Part shown: positions 1-8,401 of the stretch, piece after piece
Layout: each line of letters opens with the position of its first letter
Position numbering within the stretch: position 1 is the stretch's first letter
Assembly: GCF_000009045.1 (NCBI RefSeq)
Contig: NC_000964.3
Location: 990,001-1,022,000, forward strand
Origin: Bacillus subtilis subsp. subtilis str. 168
GTDB taxonomy: Bacteria > Bacillota > Bacilli > Bacillales > Bacillaceae
DNA length: 32,000 bases
Direction of reading: 5' to 3'
Notes under the pieces: generated by a model
Databases searched by the model: none
Told to the model about the DNA's origin: nothing
What the model saw: only the letters and a program-made list of their open reading frames with translations
Position numbers and translations under genes: made by a program

Positions 1-680
1 AAAAGCCTATTGACATTATTTTTTTTCCTAATGAAAAACAGATGGAGGCTTACTCCGGTTTATTGGATGTAGTTGGTTTTTATTCTGAACGGGAGCAGCT
101 GATCGGATTGTTGCCTGAAGAGAAAAAGAAACTGTTAGAAGGGGACGAGGTAGCGGTTTATTTGTACCAGAGATTGTTGATTCATGAATACTCGCACCAT
201 GCGTTTCACCAGAAATTGAAGGAGCTTGAGACGGATCCCGATGAGTTTCCGTTATGGTTTCATGAAGGGTTAAGCGAGTGGATTGCGAACTATGAATTGC
301 TCATAGATCCGATCACGTTTTCTGTCGTGCCCTTTGACCGTTTGCAGACTGATCGAGACTGGCAGGAAGCTAGAGCCGAATATGACACTGATGTCTATTT
401 GCAAAGCTTTTATATGATCGATGAGCTGACGGACAAATACGGGAAAGACATTATTTCAGAAATGATTAAGGAAACGGCAAAAAAAGGGGACTTTGAAAAA
501 GGGTTTAAATCAGCAACAAAGGAAAGTCTTGATCAATTTGAAAAAGATTTTAAGAAAAAATTTGAAAAAAACAGTGCGGCATTGGATAGTATCTATCCAA
601 TGCCTTTGTTATTAGTGAAGTCCTTGCTGACCCATTCCGCCTTGTGTCGGAGGCATTTGTCCTTGGGCAGGGGCGAATGA
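1..680 (+). CDS. yhcP: Putative gluzincin-like (peptidase MA / HExxH) protein, 5'-truncated by the window edge
   Basis: ORF 42..680 stays open upstream to base 3 (KPIDIIFFPNEKQ-MEAYSGLL...). HEYSHHAF and a downstream GLSEWIANYE resemble the HExxH...E gluzincin zinc-peptidase signature. Symbol from recalled gene order upstream of yhcQ. Confidence 0.65.
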   Translation, partial: KPIDIIFFPNEKQMEAYSGLLDVVGFYSEREQLIGLLPEEKKKLLEGDEVAVYLYQRLLIHEYSHHAFHQKLKELETDPDEFPLWFHEGLSEWIANYELLIDPITFSVVPFDRLQTDRDWQEARAEYDTDVYLQSFYMIDELTDKYGKDIISEMIKETAKKGDFEKGFKSATKESLDQFEKDFKKKFEKNSAALDSIYPMPLLLVKSLLTHSALCRRHLSLGRGE

Positions 681-1265
681 ATTTCGCAGCTGTTCCATAT
701 CCTGCGCATCAAGCTGAGGAACCTGGTAATAGCCGTGTTTGTTTTGGTATAGGAAAATTTCAAATGCCATTTCAACATACTCCTGAATTTGCGCAGACAG
801 TACGCGTCTTACGGCCGGATTTGTCATTTCCAGAGAAGCCATCGTCAGCATAGAAGCTTGTGCTTTAATCGCGCAAAGCATTTGTCGGCTGATGATGCTG
901 TCATCAATATCATTCATGGATTGAACAGGTTTTTTAGGCTGTGACGGCTGCATGCCGTAAACAGTCTGGTTGTCTTCCTTCATCATATAAGTTGCTGTTT
1001 TTTGTGAAGGTTCGCTTCCTGTTTTGAAGCATTCTGCAGTTATATTGTATTGAGATGTGATGAATTGATGTTGACGATCAAGGATGTTTAGTAATTCTTG
1101 ATCCTTACAGAATTGTCTCAGCATCATAAACTGATCAAGCACAGTAAGTGTTCCGGAAAGCACCTCATGCATATCAAACATTTCATGTCCGCCGTGGTTT
1201 TTATGCGGTTTGCCAGGAATACCTTTGTTCATTTGGGATTGCTGCTGCTGATTGAACTGATCCAA
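612..1265 (-). CDS. yhcQ: Spore coat protein F-like (CotF family) protein
   Basis: 217-aa ORF, TTG start (complement of caa 1263-1265) preceded by AAGGAGGAAT. Gln-rich N-terminus, CotF-like helical core (MLCAIKAQASMLTMASLEMTNPAVRRVLSAQI...EMAFEIFLYQNKHGYYQVPQ). Confidence 0.85.
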   Translation of the reverse strand: MDQFNQQQQSQMNKGIPGKPHKNHGGHEMFDMHEVLSGTLTVLDQFMMLRQFCKDQELLNILDRQHQFITSQYNITAECFKTGSEPSQKTATYMMKEDNQTVYGMQPSQPKKPVQSMNDIDDSIISRQMLCAIKAQASMLTMASLEMTNPAVRRVLSAQIQEYVEMAFEIFLYQNKHGYYQVPQLDAQDMEQLRNSFAPAQGQMPPTQGGMGQQGLH

Positions 1266-1410
1266 ACCGAATTCCTCCTTTTTTTTCAGATCAGCTGTAT
1301 TTTGTGTCAGTCTGCCGTGTATTATGCAGAAGCCTGAAAGGAATTATATGCTGTCTGTCGAAATGATAAGCAGACAAAATCGTTGTCATTATGTGTATAA
1401 GGGAGGAAAT

Positions 1411-4400
1411 ATGATGAGGCGTATTCTGCATATTGTGTTGATCACGGCATTAATGTTCTTAAATGTAATGTACACGTTCGAAGCTGTAAAGGCAGCTGAA
1501 CCGCAACAGCCTATATCGATTGAGAAGGCAATACAGCAAAAAGAAGGACAGGCACTTGTCGAAGGATATGCAGTCGGCCAGGCTGTTTCCCCGCAGCATT
1601 ATAAACTGACAAGCCCTTTTTCAAATGATTATAATGTTGCGCTGGCAGACCGTAAAAACAAAACATCGCCCGAACACATCCTTCCTGTGCAAATCCCCTC
1701 CGCCTTCAGAAGCCAATTTGGGCTGCAAACCAATCCGCTTCTTCTTGGGAAAAAGATAACGGTTCAAGGAAAGCTTGAAAATTACTTTAACACGACAGGA
1801 CTTAAAAACGTTCAGTCGATGAACGTAACCGATGACACAAAAACTCCGCCGGCTGAACAGCAAGTGACCATAAATGAAGCACGGGGAAGGCTGAATGAAG
1901 AAGTAACGATAAAAGGGATCATTACAGCTGATCAAAACGCAATCGGAGGCGGGAAGCTGTCGACCTTTTTGCAAGATGAAACCGGAGGCATTAACATTTA
2001 TTCGCCATCCCCTGAACAATTTCCCGAATTAAAAGAGGGTATGGATGTCACGGTGACAGGGAAAATCACGTCTTACCAGGGGCTGAAAGAAATCGTTCCA
2101 AACTCATCAGGCATCAAAATCAACCAGTCAAATCAATCCCTCCCCGCCCCCAAACACTTAACAATCAATGAACTTATTAACGGCAGCCTAGGTGATCAGT
2201 ATGAAGGACGCCTTGTGAAACTAACCGCTTTTGTTTCCTCAATTCCAAGTTCTCCTGCCGGCGGCGGTTACAATGTAACAATGATTGATGACGACCATCA
2301 TGCAATGACGCTCCGGGTTATGAATGAAACAGGGGTGATAAACGAGCTTGATGAGGGCAAATGGTATGAATTTACCGGTGTGTTAAGCAGATACCAAACC
2401 TTTCAGCTGCTTCCGCGAAAATCGGCTGACCTGAAGCTGCTTGAAGAGCAGCCCGCACCTCCGTCTGCAGAGGGAGAATATGAAGGGATTGTTGACCGGG
2501 TAGTTGACGGCGATACCATTCATCTTAAATCTCCGGTGCTTGGAACGACAAAAATCCGGTTTGTAAATGTAGATGCACCCGAAACATATCACACACCAAA
2601 AAATGACGCAGATGAAAATCAATTAAGATTTGGCAAAAAAGCATCTGACTATCTAAAAACGGTTCTGTCCCCGGGTGATAAAATTACTGTCAAGGTCGGG
2701 AGTGAAGCCAAGGACAGCTATGGCAGATTGCTCGGACAAGTCATAACCGAATCAGGTTCAAACGTGAACTTAGAGCTTGTAAAAAACGGCTATGCTCCGA
2801 CGTATTTTATTTGGCCGGTTGACAATGAAGAGGATTATCAGCAATTTCAGGCCGCAGTAGCCGCTGCAAAAAAAGATCAAAAAGGAATTTGGAATGAAAA
2901 CGATCCCCTCATGGAAATGCCGTTTGAATTCAGAGCCAGAGAGCAAGGGAAAGGCCTGACAAGATATGTGGGGGACTCGTCGAATAAAACATATGTGCAG
3001 CCAGCTGACTGGAAGAAGATAGCTGTGGAAAACAGAATTTTCTTCGCCTCAGCAAGTGAAGCGGAGAGCGCGGGATATAAAAAAAGGCAAACGGCACCTC
3101 AAGAACATGTGCCGCTTAGAATTCTCAGCATGAATGATTTGCATGGCAAAATCGATCAGCAATATGAGCTTGATCTTGATGGAAATGGAACTGTAGACGG
3201 CACGTTTGGACGCATGGATTATGCCGCCGCATATTTAAAAGAAAAAAAGGCTGAAAAGAAAAACTCGCTGATTGTGCACGCGGGAGATATGATCGGCGGA
3301 AGCTCTCCAGTTTCCTCTCTTCTTCAGGATGAACCGACTGTAGAACTGATGGAGGACATCGGATTTGATGTCGGAACCGTGGGAAACCACGAATTTGATG
3401 AAGGCACGGATGAACTTCTGAGGATCTTAAATGGCGGTGATCATCCGAAAGGCACAAGCGGATATGATGGACAGAACTTTCCCCTTGTATGTGCCAATTG
3501 TAAAATGAAATCAACTGGAGAGCCCTTTTTGCCGGCTTACGACATCATTAATGTGGAGGGCGTACCCGTTGCTTTTATCGGAGTTGTCACACAGTCGGCA
3601 GCTGGCATGGTTATGCCTGAAGGAATAAAAAATATCGAGTTTACAGATGAAGCAACAGCGGTGAATAAGGCGGCCGAAGAGCTCAAGAAAAAAGGCGTGA
3701 AGGCCATCGCGGTTCTCGCACATATGTCAGCTGAACAAAACGGCAACGCCATTACCGGTGAGTCTGCTGATCTTGCAAACAAAACAGATTCTGAAATTGA
3801 CGTGATTTTTGCCGCGCATAATCATCAGGTTGTTAACGGTGAAGTGAATGGAAAACTGATTGTTCAAGCGTTTGAATATGGAAAAGCGATAGGTGTCGTT
3901 GATGTAGAGATCGATAAAACGACAAAAGACATTGTCAAAAAGTCCGCGGAAATCGTATATGTTGATCAAAGTAAAATCGAACCGGATGTCAGCGCGTCAG
4001 CCATTTTAAAGAAATACGAAACAATTGCGGAACCGATTATCAGCGAGGTAGTCGGCGAAGCCGCTGTTGATATGGAAGGGGGGTATTCAAATGACGGCGA
4101 TACACCTCTTGGAAACCTGATTGCGGATGGTATGAGAGCTGCCATGAAAACGGATTTTGCCCTTATGAATGGCGGCGGCATACGTGAAGCGCTGAAGAAG
4201 GGTCCAATTACGTGGGGAGATCTTTACAATATTCAGCCGTTTGGAAATGTGTTAACGAAGCTTGAGATTAAAGGAAAAGATTTAAGAGAGATTATCAATG
4301 CGCAAATCTCGCCGGTTTTTGGGCCTGACTACAGCATCAGCGGGTTTACGTATACGTGGGATAAAGAAACCGGAAAAGCAGTTGATATGAAAATGGCAGA

Positions 4401-5001
4401 TGGCACCGAGATCCAGCCCGATGCCACATATACATTGACCGTCAACAACTTTATGGCGACGGCGACAGGAGCCAAATATCAGCCAATCGGACTGCTGGGA
4501 AAAAATCCGGTGACAGGGCCTGAGGATTTGGAAGCGACAGTTGAGTACGTGAAGAGTTTTGATGAGCCAATTGCGTATACAAAAGAGGGAAGAATTAAGC
4601 TTGCTGAAGCCAGTGATATTGAAGACCCTGTAACAGAAGACCCGATAACGGAAGAGCCTGGAGATGATCCGGGGACGGAGGATCCGATTAAAGAGGATCC
4701 AAGGCCAGGTGAAGATTTGCCTGATATAAAAGAAACTCCGGGAACAGCACCGGTTCATCAGCTTCCGCCTTCAGCCATTTCGAGATTCAATGAAATACCA
4801 ATCAACAACACAAAAACCGCTGATACTGCTAATAGCATCAGCACATTGCCGTTACAAACCGAGACTGCGGAAAGCGGGTCTGATCATCAGCTTCCGGATA
4901 CGTCAGCGGGCTACTATAACTTTATGGTAATCGGTGCGGCGGTGACATTGTCAGGAACTTATCTATATGTCAGAAGAAAAAGGAGCGCCTCCAGAACGTG
5001 A
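1411..5001 (+). CDS. yhcR: Large cell-wall-anchored nuclease / 5'-nucleotidase: OB-fold region, thermonuclease domain, calcineurin-like phosphoesterase, 5'-nucleotidase C-terminal domain, LPDTS-type sorting signal
   Basis: ORF track starts at 1324, but GGGAGG (1401-1406) precedes ATGATG at 1411/1414, followed by a normal signal peptide (MMRRILHIVLITALMFLNVMYTFEAVKA). SNase-like DGDTIHL...FVNVDAPET; metallophosphoesterase-like LSMNDLHG, GDMIGGS, GNHEFD; LPDTSA (4891-4908) + hydrophobic stretch + RRKR tail. Confidence 0.93.
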   Translation: MMRRILHIVLITALMFLNVMYTFEAVKAAEPQQPISIEKAIQQKEGQALVEGYAVGQAVSPQHYKLTSPFSNDYNVALADRKNKTSPEHILPVQIPSAFRSQFGLQTNPLLLGKKITVQGKLENYFNTTGLKNVQSMNVTDDTKTPPAEQQVTINEARGRLNEEVTIKGIITADQNAIGGGKLSTFLQDETGGINIYSPSPEQFPELKEGMDVTVTGKITSYQGLKEIVPNSSGIKINQSNQSLPAPKHLTINELINGSLGDQYEGRLVKLTAFVSSIPSSPAGGGYNVTMIDDDHHAMTLRVMNETGVINELDEGKWYEFTGVLSRYQTFQLLPRKSADLKLLEEQPAPPSAEGEYEGIVDRVVDGDTIHLKSPVLGTTKIRFVNVDAPETYHTPKNDADENQLRFGKKASDYLKTVLSPGDKITVKVGSEAKDSYGRLLGQVITESGSNVNLELVKNGYAPTYFIWPVDNEEDYQQFQAAVAAAKKDQKGIWNENDPLMEMPFEFRAREQGKGLTRYVGDSSNKTYVQPADWKKIAVENRIFFASASEAESAGYKKRQTAPQEHVPLRILSMNDLHGKIDQQYELDLDGNGTVDGTFGRMDYAAAYLKEKKAEKKNSLIVHAGDMIGGSSPVSSLLQDEPTVELMEDIGFDVGTVGNHEFDEGTDELLRILNGGDHPKGTSGYDGQNFPLVCANCKMKSTGEPFLPAYDIINVEGVPVAFIGVVTQSAAGMVMPEGIKNIEFTDEATAVNKAAEELKKKGVKAIAVLAHMSAEQNGNAITGESADLANKTDSEIDVIFAAHNHQVVNGEVNGKLIVQAFEYGKAIGVVDVEIDKTTKDIVKKSAEIVYVDQSKIEPDVSASAILKKYETIAEPIISEVVGEAAVDMEGGYSNDGDTPLGNLIADGMRAAMKTDFALMNGGGIREALKKGPITWGDLYNIQPFGNVLTKLEIKGKDLREIINAQISPVFGPDYSISGFTYTWDKETGKAVDMKMADGTEIQPDATYTLTVNNFMATATGAKYQPIGLLGKNPVTGPEDLEATVEYVKSFDEPIAYTKEGRIKLAEASDIEDPVTEDPITEEPGDDPGTEDPIKEDPRPGEDLPDIKETPGTAPVHQLPPSAISRFNEIPINNTKTADTANSISTLPLQTETAESGSDHQLPDTSAGYYNFMVIGAAVTLSGTYLYVRRKRSASRT

Positions 5002-5594
5002 AAAAAGTTATTCCACTATTCATCATTGCTGCCGGCCTAGTGATCGCAGGCTATGGAGGCTTTAAATTGATCGATACGAATACGAAAACGGAACAGACAT
5101 TAAAAGAAGCAAAGCTGGCGGCTAAAAAGCCGCAGGAAGCTTCGGGGACGAAAAATAGCACAGATCAAGCAAAGAACAAAGCATCATTTAAGCCTGAGAC
5201 CGGCCAAGCGAGCGGCATTTTAGAAATACCGAAAATCAATGCAGAGCTTCCGATCGTGGAGGGCACCGATGCTGATGATTTAGAAAAAGGTGTCGGGCAT
5301 TACAAGGACAGCTATTATCCTGATGAAAACGGACAAATTGTGCTGTCAGGGCATCGGGATACCGTGTTTCGCCGGACGGGAGAGCTGGAAAAGGGGGATC
5401 AGCTCCGTCTTCTCCTGTCATATGGAGAATTCACATATGAAATTGTAAAAACAAAAATTGTCGATAAGGATGACACATCTATTATCACGCTCCAGCATGA
5501 AAAGGAAGAGCTGATTCTGACGACCTGCTATCCGTTTTCATACGTCGGAAATGCCCCGAAGCGCTATATTATATATGGAAAACGAGTGACTTAA
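4998..5594 (+). CDS. yhcS: Sortase (class D-like)
   Basis: 198 aa, GTG start overlapping the yhcR stop (GTGA). Single N-terminal TM, LSGHRDT and LTTCYPF catalytic motifs. Confidence 0.93.
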   Translation: MKKVIPLFIIAAGLVIAGYGGFKLIDTNTKTEQTLKEAKLAAKKPQEASGTKNSTDQAKNKASFKPETGQASGILEIPKINAELPIVEGTDADDLEKGVGHYKDSYYPDENGQIVLSGHRDTVFRRTGELEKGDQLRLLLSYGEFTYEIVKTKIVDKDDTSIITLQHEKEELILTTCYPFSYVGNAPKRYIIYGKRVT

Positions 5595-5623
5595 AAAGCC
5601 GAGGCAGTGCCTGCGGCTTTTCT
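5594..5623. terminator. Bidirectional terminator between yhcS and yhcT
   Basis: AAAAAGCCG-a-GGCAG-tgc-CTG-CGGCTTTTC-type hairpin with A and T tracts, placed between convergent ORFs. Confidence 0.7.
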
Positions 5624-6532
5624 TCATGAAAAATATGTGCGGCAAAGGTTTTTCATATCAGCAGGGAAAGGGGCTTCAGCAACTATGAGCTCGTCTGTTA
5701 TCGGGTGAACCGCTTGTACTTTATTGGCGTGCAGTGCCTGCCTGTTTAGCAGCTTGCTCCCGCCTCCGTAAAGCGAGTCTCCTGTCAACGGATGGCCGAG
5801 GCTCGCCAGATGAACACGGATTTGGTGTGTTCTGCCTGTTTCCAGCTCTAATTCAACGAGCGACAGCCGTTCTTTCGCATTGCTGGCCATTACCTTGAAA
5901 TGAGTGACGGCTGTTTGCCCGCCTGGTGAAACCCGGCGTCTTGTCGGGTGTGAGCGGTCTCTGCCGATCGGTGAATTAATTGTCCCTTTTTTCGTCCGTA
6001 GCTTACCTTCAGCGATAGCGGTATACGTACGCTTCAGCGTCTTTTTCTCTAACTGCTGGTCTAAGATGGCGTGTGCCAAACGATGCTTGGCAAAAACGAT
6101 AGCGCCAGATGTATCCTGATCAAGACGATGGACGTGGCGCACCTTACATGTTTCGCCATTTATCTGATAATGATACGCGATCAAATTAGCCAGTGTGCCG
6201 GTTTGCCCATCCTCATTCGGATGCGTCGCGATGCCAGCGGGTTTATTGATGATGAGCATATGATTGTCCTCAAATAAAATATCAAGCTCGCCATACTCCG
6301 GAATGACCGAAGATGCTTCACTTTCCTGAAGATCAATGAACACGCGGTCTCCCTTTTTTACAATCATATTGTTTAAGACGGATTCGTGATTGACCTTTAT
6401 CTGTTGATGGGACATCCAGTCTTGTATCACTGGTTTAGAAGCTTTGAGCGCTGTTTTGAGTACGGAAAACAGCCATTGGCCGTCCTGTTTTTCATTGATG
6501 AGGATCTCAAGCCCTCTGCCTTTTTGGTTCAT
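5624..6532 (-). CDS. yhcT: RluA-family RNA pseudouridine synthase
   Basis: 302 aa; HRLDQDTSG catalytic motif, GRTHQIRVHLASLGHPLTGDSLYG, S4-like N-terminal segment. Confidence 0.93.
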   Translation of the reverse strand: MNQKGRGLEILINEKQDGQWLFSVLKTALKASKPVIQDWMSHQQIKVNHESVLNNMIVKKGDRVFIDLQESEASSVIPEYGELDILFEDNHMLIINKPAGIATHPNEDGQTGTLANLIAYHYQINGETCKVRHVHRLDQDTSGAIVFAKHRLAHAILDQQLEKKTLKRTYTAIAEGKLRTKKGTINSPIGRDRSHPTRRRVSPGGQTAVTHFKVMASNAKERLSLVELELETGRTHQIRVHLASLGHPLTGDSLYGGGSKLLNRQALHANKVQAVHPITDELIVAEAPFPADMKNLCRTYFS

Positions 6533-6642
6533 GTTAAATGGCTCCTTTTCGAAGCGGAAGGCTGCTGTTTCTCATAGGAAACACTTACCTTAGCTTTCGC
6601 GTTTTTTTCTGTGCTATTCTTGAGTAAGACTTAGGATATTCG

Positions 6643-7038
6643 ATGGCAAGAAAGGTGATTGACGTGAGAATTGTGAACGCAGCAACTGCAGAACAGGAGA
6701 GCTTTATCAAGGAGCTGTCTATGGAGCTGATCCATGATGTATTTCCTCTTTATTTCTCCGAACTGGACATTCAGCGCTTTAAAAAGAAAGGCGTTCTGTC
6801 TTTAAATAACCATTATTACCAAGGAACATTAAAAGAAGCATTTCAAATTATGGCTTGTCTGCAAATGATACATATTATCCTGACCAAGCCTTCGCCGCAC
6901 TCTGATTTGAGTGATCAGGCGATTTTTGAAAAAAACAGCAAGATGCTGAATGATTTTGGGATTTATTTTCCGTTTGCTTTTTCTGACTTTCAAAAGAAGA
7001 CTAACAAAGCCTTTTTCGGTCAAAGAAGGCTGATATAA
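6643..7038 (+). CDS. yhcU: Conserved protein of unknown function
   Basis: 131-aa ORF, gene-like amino acid composition, own downstream terminator; name from recalled gene order. Confidence 0.8.
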   Translation: MARKVIDVRIVNAATAEQESFIKELSMELIHDVFPLYFSELDIQRFKKKGVLSLNNHYYQGTLKEAFQIMACLQMIHIILTKPSPHSDLSDQAIFEKNSKMLNDFGIYFPFAFSDFQKKTNKAFFGQRRLI

Positions 7039-7048
7039 TCATGCGGCA

Positions 7049-7080
7049 AGGGCTTTTCTATTTTTAGAAAAGCTCTTTTT
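7049..7080 (+). terminator. Intrinsic terminator after yhcU
   Basis: GGGCTTTTCTA / TAGAAAAGCTCT stem followed by TTTTT. Confidence 0.75.
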
Positions 7081-7174
7081 GTATCAGAGAAATCATATCA
7101 TAAAACCTTTCCTCTAACTCCCTTTTTAAACGGCTCGTGTCTGAACATACTAATGATTGAAAGGGGTGCTGACA

Positions 7175-7597
7175 ATGAGTTCAGTTAAAGATACAATGAC
7201 AACGCAGGTGGCAACCGTTTCTCCGAATCAAACGATTCAGGAAGCGGCTTCTCTAATGAAACAGCATAACGTCGGGGCGATCCCCGTTGTAGAGCAAGGT
7301 GTTTTAAAAGGAATGCTGACTGACCGTGACATTGCATTAAGAACTACAGCTCAGGGCCGTGATGGCCAGACACCCGTTTCAGAAGTGATGTCAACAGAAC
7401 TCGTATCAGGAAACCCTAATATGAGTCTGGAAGACGCGTCGCAGCTGATGGCCCAGCACCAAATCCGCCGCCTTCCTATTGTAGATCAAAACAATCTAGT
7501 CGGGATCGTTGCGCTTGGAGACCTGGCAGTCAATCAGATGTCGAACGAGTCTGCGGGATCAGCGCTGACAAACATTTCTCACCAAAACATTCATTAA
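7175..7597 (+). CDS. yhcV: CBS-domain-pair protein
   Basis: Two CBS repeats (VSPNQTIQEAASLMKQHNVGAIPVVEQGVLKGMLTDRDIA; MSLEDASQLMAQHQIRRLPIVDQNNLVGIVALGDLA). ATG at 7175 with AAGGGGTG RBS is preferred over the tracked TTG at 7157. Confidence 0.9.
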   Translation: MSSVKDTMTTQVATVSPNQTIQEAASLMKQHNVGAIPVVEQGVLKGMLTDRDIALRTTAQGRDGQTPVSEVMSTELVSGNPNMSLEDASQLMAQHQIRRLPIVDQNNLVGIVALGDLAVNQMSNESAGSALTNISHQNIH

Positions 7598-7600
7598 TAA

Positions 7601-7630
7601 GAAAGAGCTTGCAGTGTGCAGGCTCTTTCT
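7601..7630 (+). terminator. Intrinsic terminator after yhcV
   Basis: GAAAGAGCTTGCA-GTG-TGCAGGCTCTTTCTT, nearly perfect 13-bp stem. Confidence 0.8.
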
Positions 7631-7723
7631 TCACATAAAACCTTACTTTTTGAAAGCAGACTTGTTTCGGGGTATAGTGAGTGTATACATATGTCTCAAT
7701 TCGTACTAAAGGAGTTGTACCCA

Positions 7724-8386
7724 GTGATTAAAGCGTTAATTTTTGATTTTGACGGGCTTATTCTAGATACAGAAACACACGAATATGAGGTTCTTCAGGA
7801 AATATTTGAAGAGCACGGCTCAGTGCTGCCGCTATCTGTCTGGGGAAAGGTCATCGGAACTGCTGCGGGTTTCCGGCCTTTTGAATATTTAGAAGAGCAG
7901 ATCGGGAAAAAGCTGAACCATGAAGAGCTCACACAATTGAGAAGAGAGCGGTTTGCCAAACGCATGGAATCAGAAAAAGCGAGACCTGGTGTCGAAGCGT
8001 ATTTGAATGCGGCAAAGGATTTAGGCTTAAAAATAGGCCTTGCCTCCAGCTCTGATTATAAATGGGTGTCCGGCCATTTGAAGCAAATCGGCCTGTTTGA
8101 TGATTTTGAAGTTATTCAAACGGCGGATGATGTGGAAGAGGTGAAGCCGAATCCTGAACTCTATTTATTGGCGGCAAAGAACCTGGGGGTATCGCCAGCG
8201 GAATGTCTCGCGTTTGAGGATTCTGTCAATGGTTCGATTGCTGCGAAACGTGCAGGCATGAAGTGTGTCATTGTCCCGAATAAAGTAACGGGTACCTTGA
8301 TGTTTGAAGACTATGATCACAGGCTTGAATCAATGGCGGAGATGGAGCTCGCCCTATTGCTTGATCATCTGAACTCACAAAACTAG
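7724..8386 (+). CDS. yhcW: HAD-superfamily phosphatase (beta-phosphoglucomutase/phosphatase-like)
   Basis: FDFDGLILDTE, ASSSD, KPNPELYLLAA...FEDSVNG motifs. GTG at 7724 with upstream AAGGAG, 220 aa; tracked start 7616 lies in the preceding terminator. Confidence 0.92.
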   Translation: MIKALIFDFDGLILDTETHEYEVLQEIFEEHGSVLPLSVWGKVIGTAAGFRPFEYLEEQIGKKLNHEELTQLRRERFAKRMESEKARPGVEAYLNAAKDLGLKIGLASSSDYKWVSGHLKQIGLFDDFEVIQTADDVEEVKPNPELYLLAAKNLGVSPAECLAFEDSVNGSIAAKRAGMKCVIVPNKVTGTLMFEDYDHRLESMAEMELALLLDHLNSQN

Positions 8387-8401
8387 AAAGGAGCGAGTAG
8401 G

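Noticed and set aside
593-778. Minus-strand ORF of 61 aa inside yhcQ
   Set aside because: Fully out of frame within the yhcQ coding region; no RBS or recognisable product.
1621-4758. Several 70-158 aa ORFs antisense to yhcR
   Set aside because: Their compositions (Phe/Cys/Arg-rich) are typical of antisense translations; they lie entirely opposite a strongly supported domain-rich gene.
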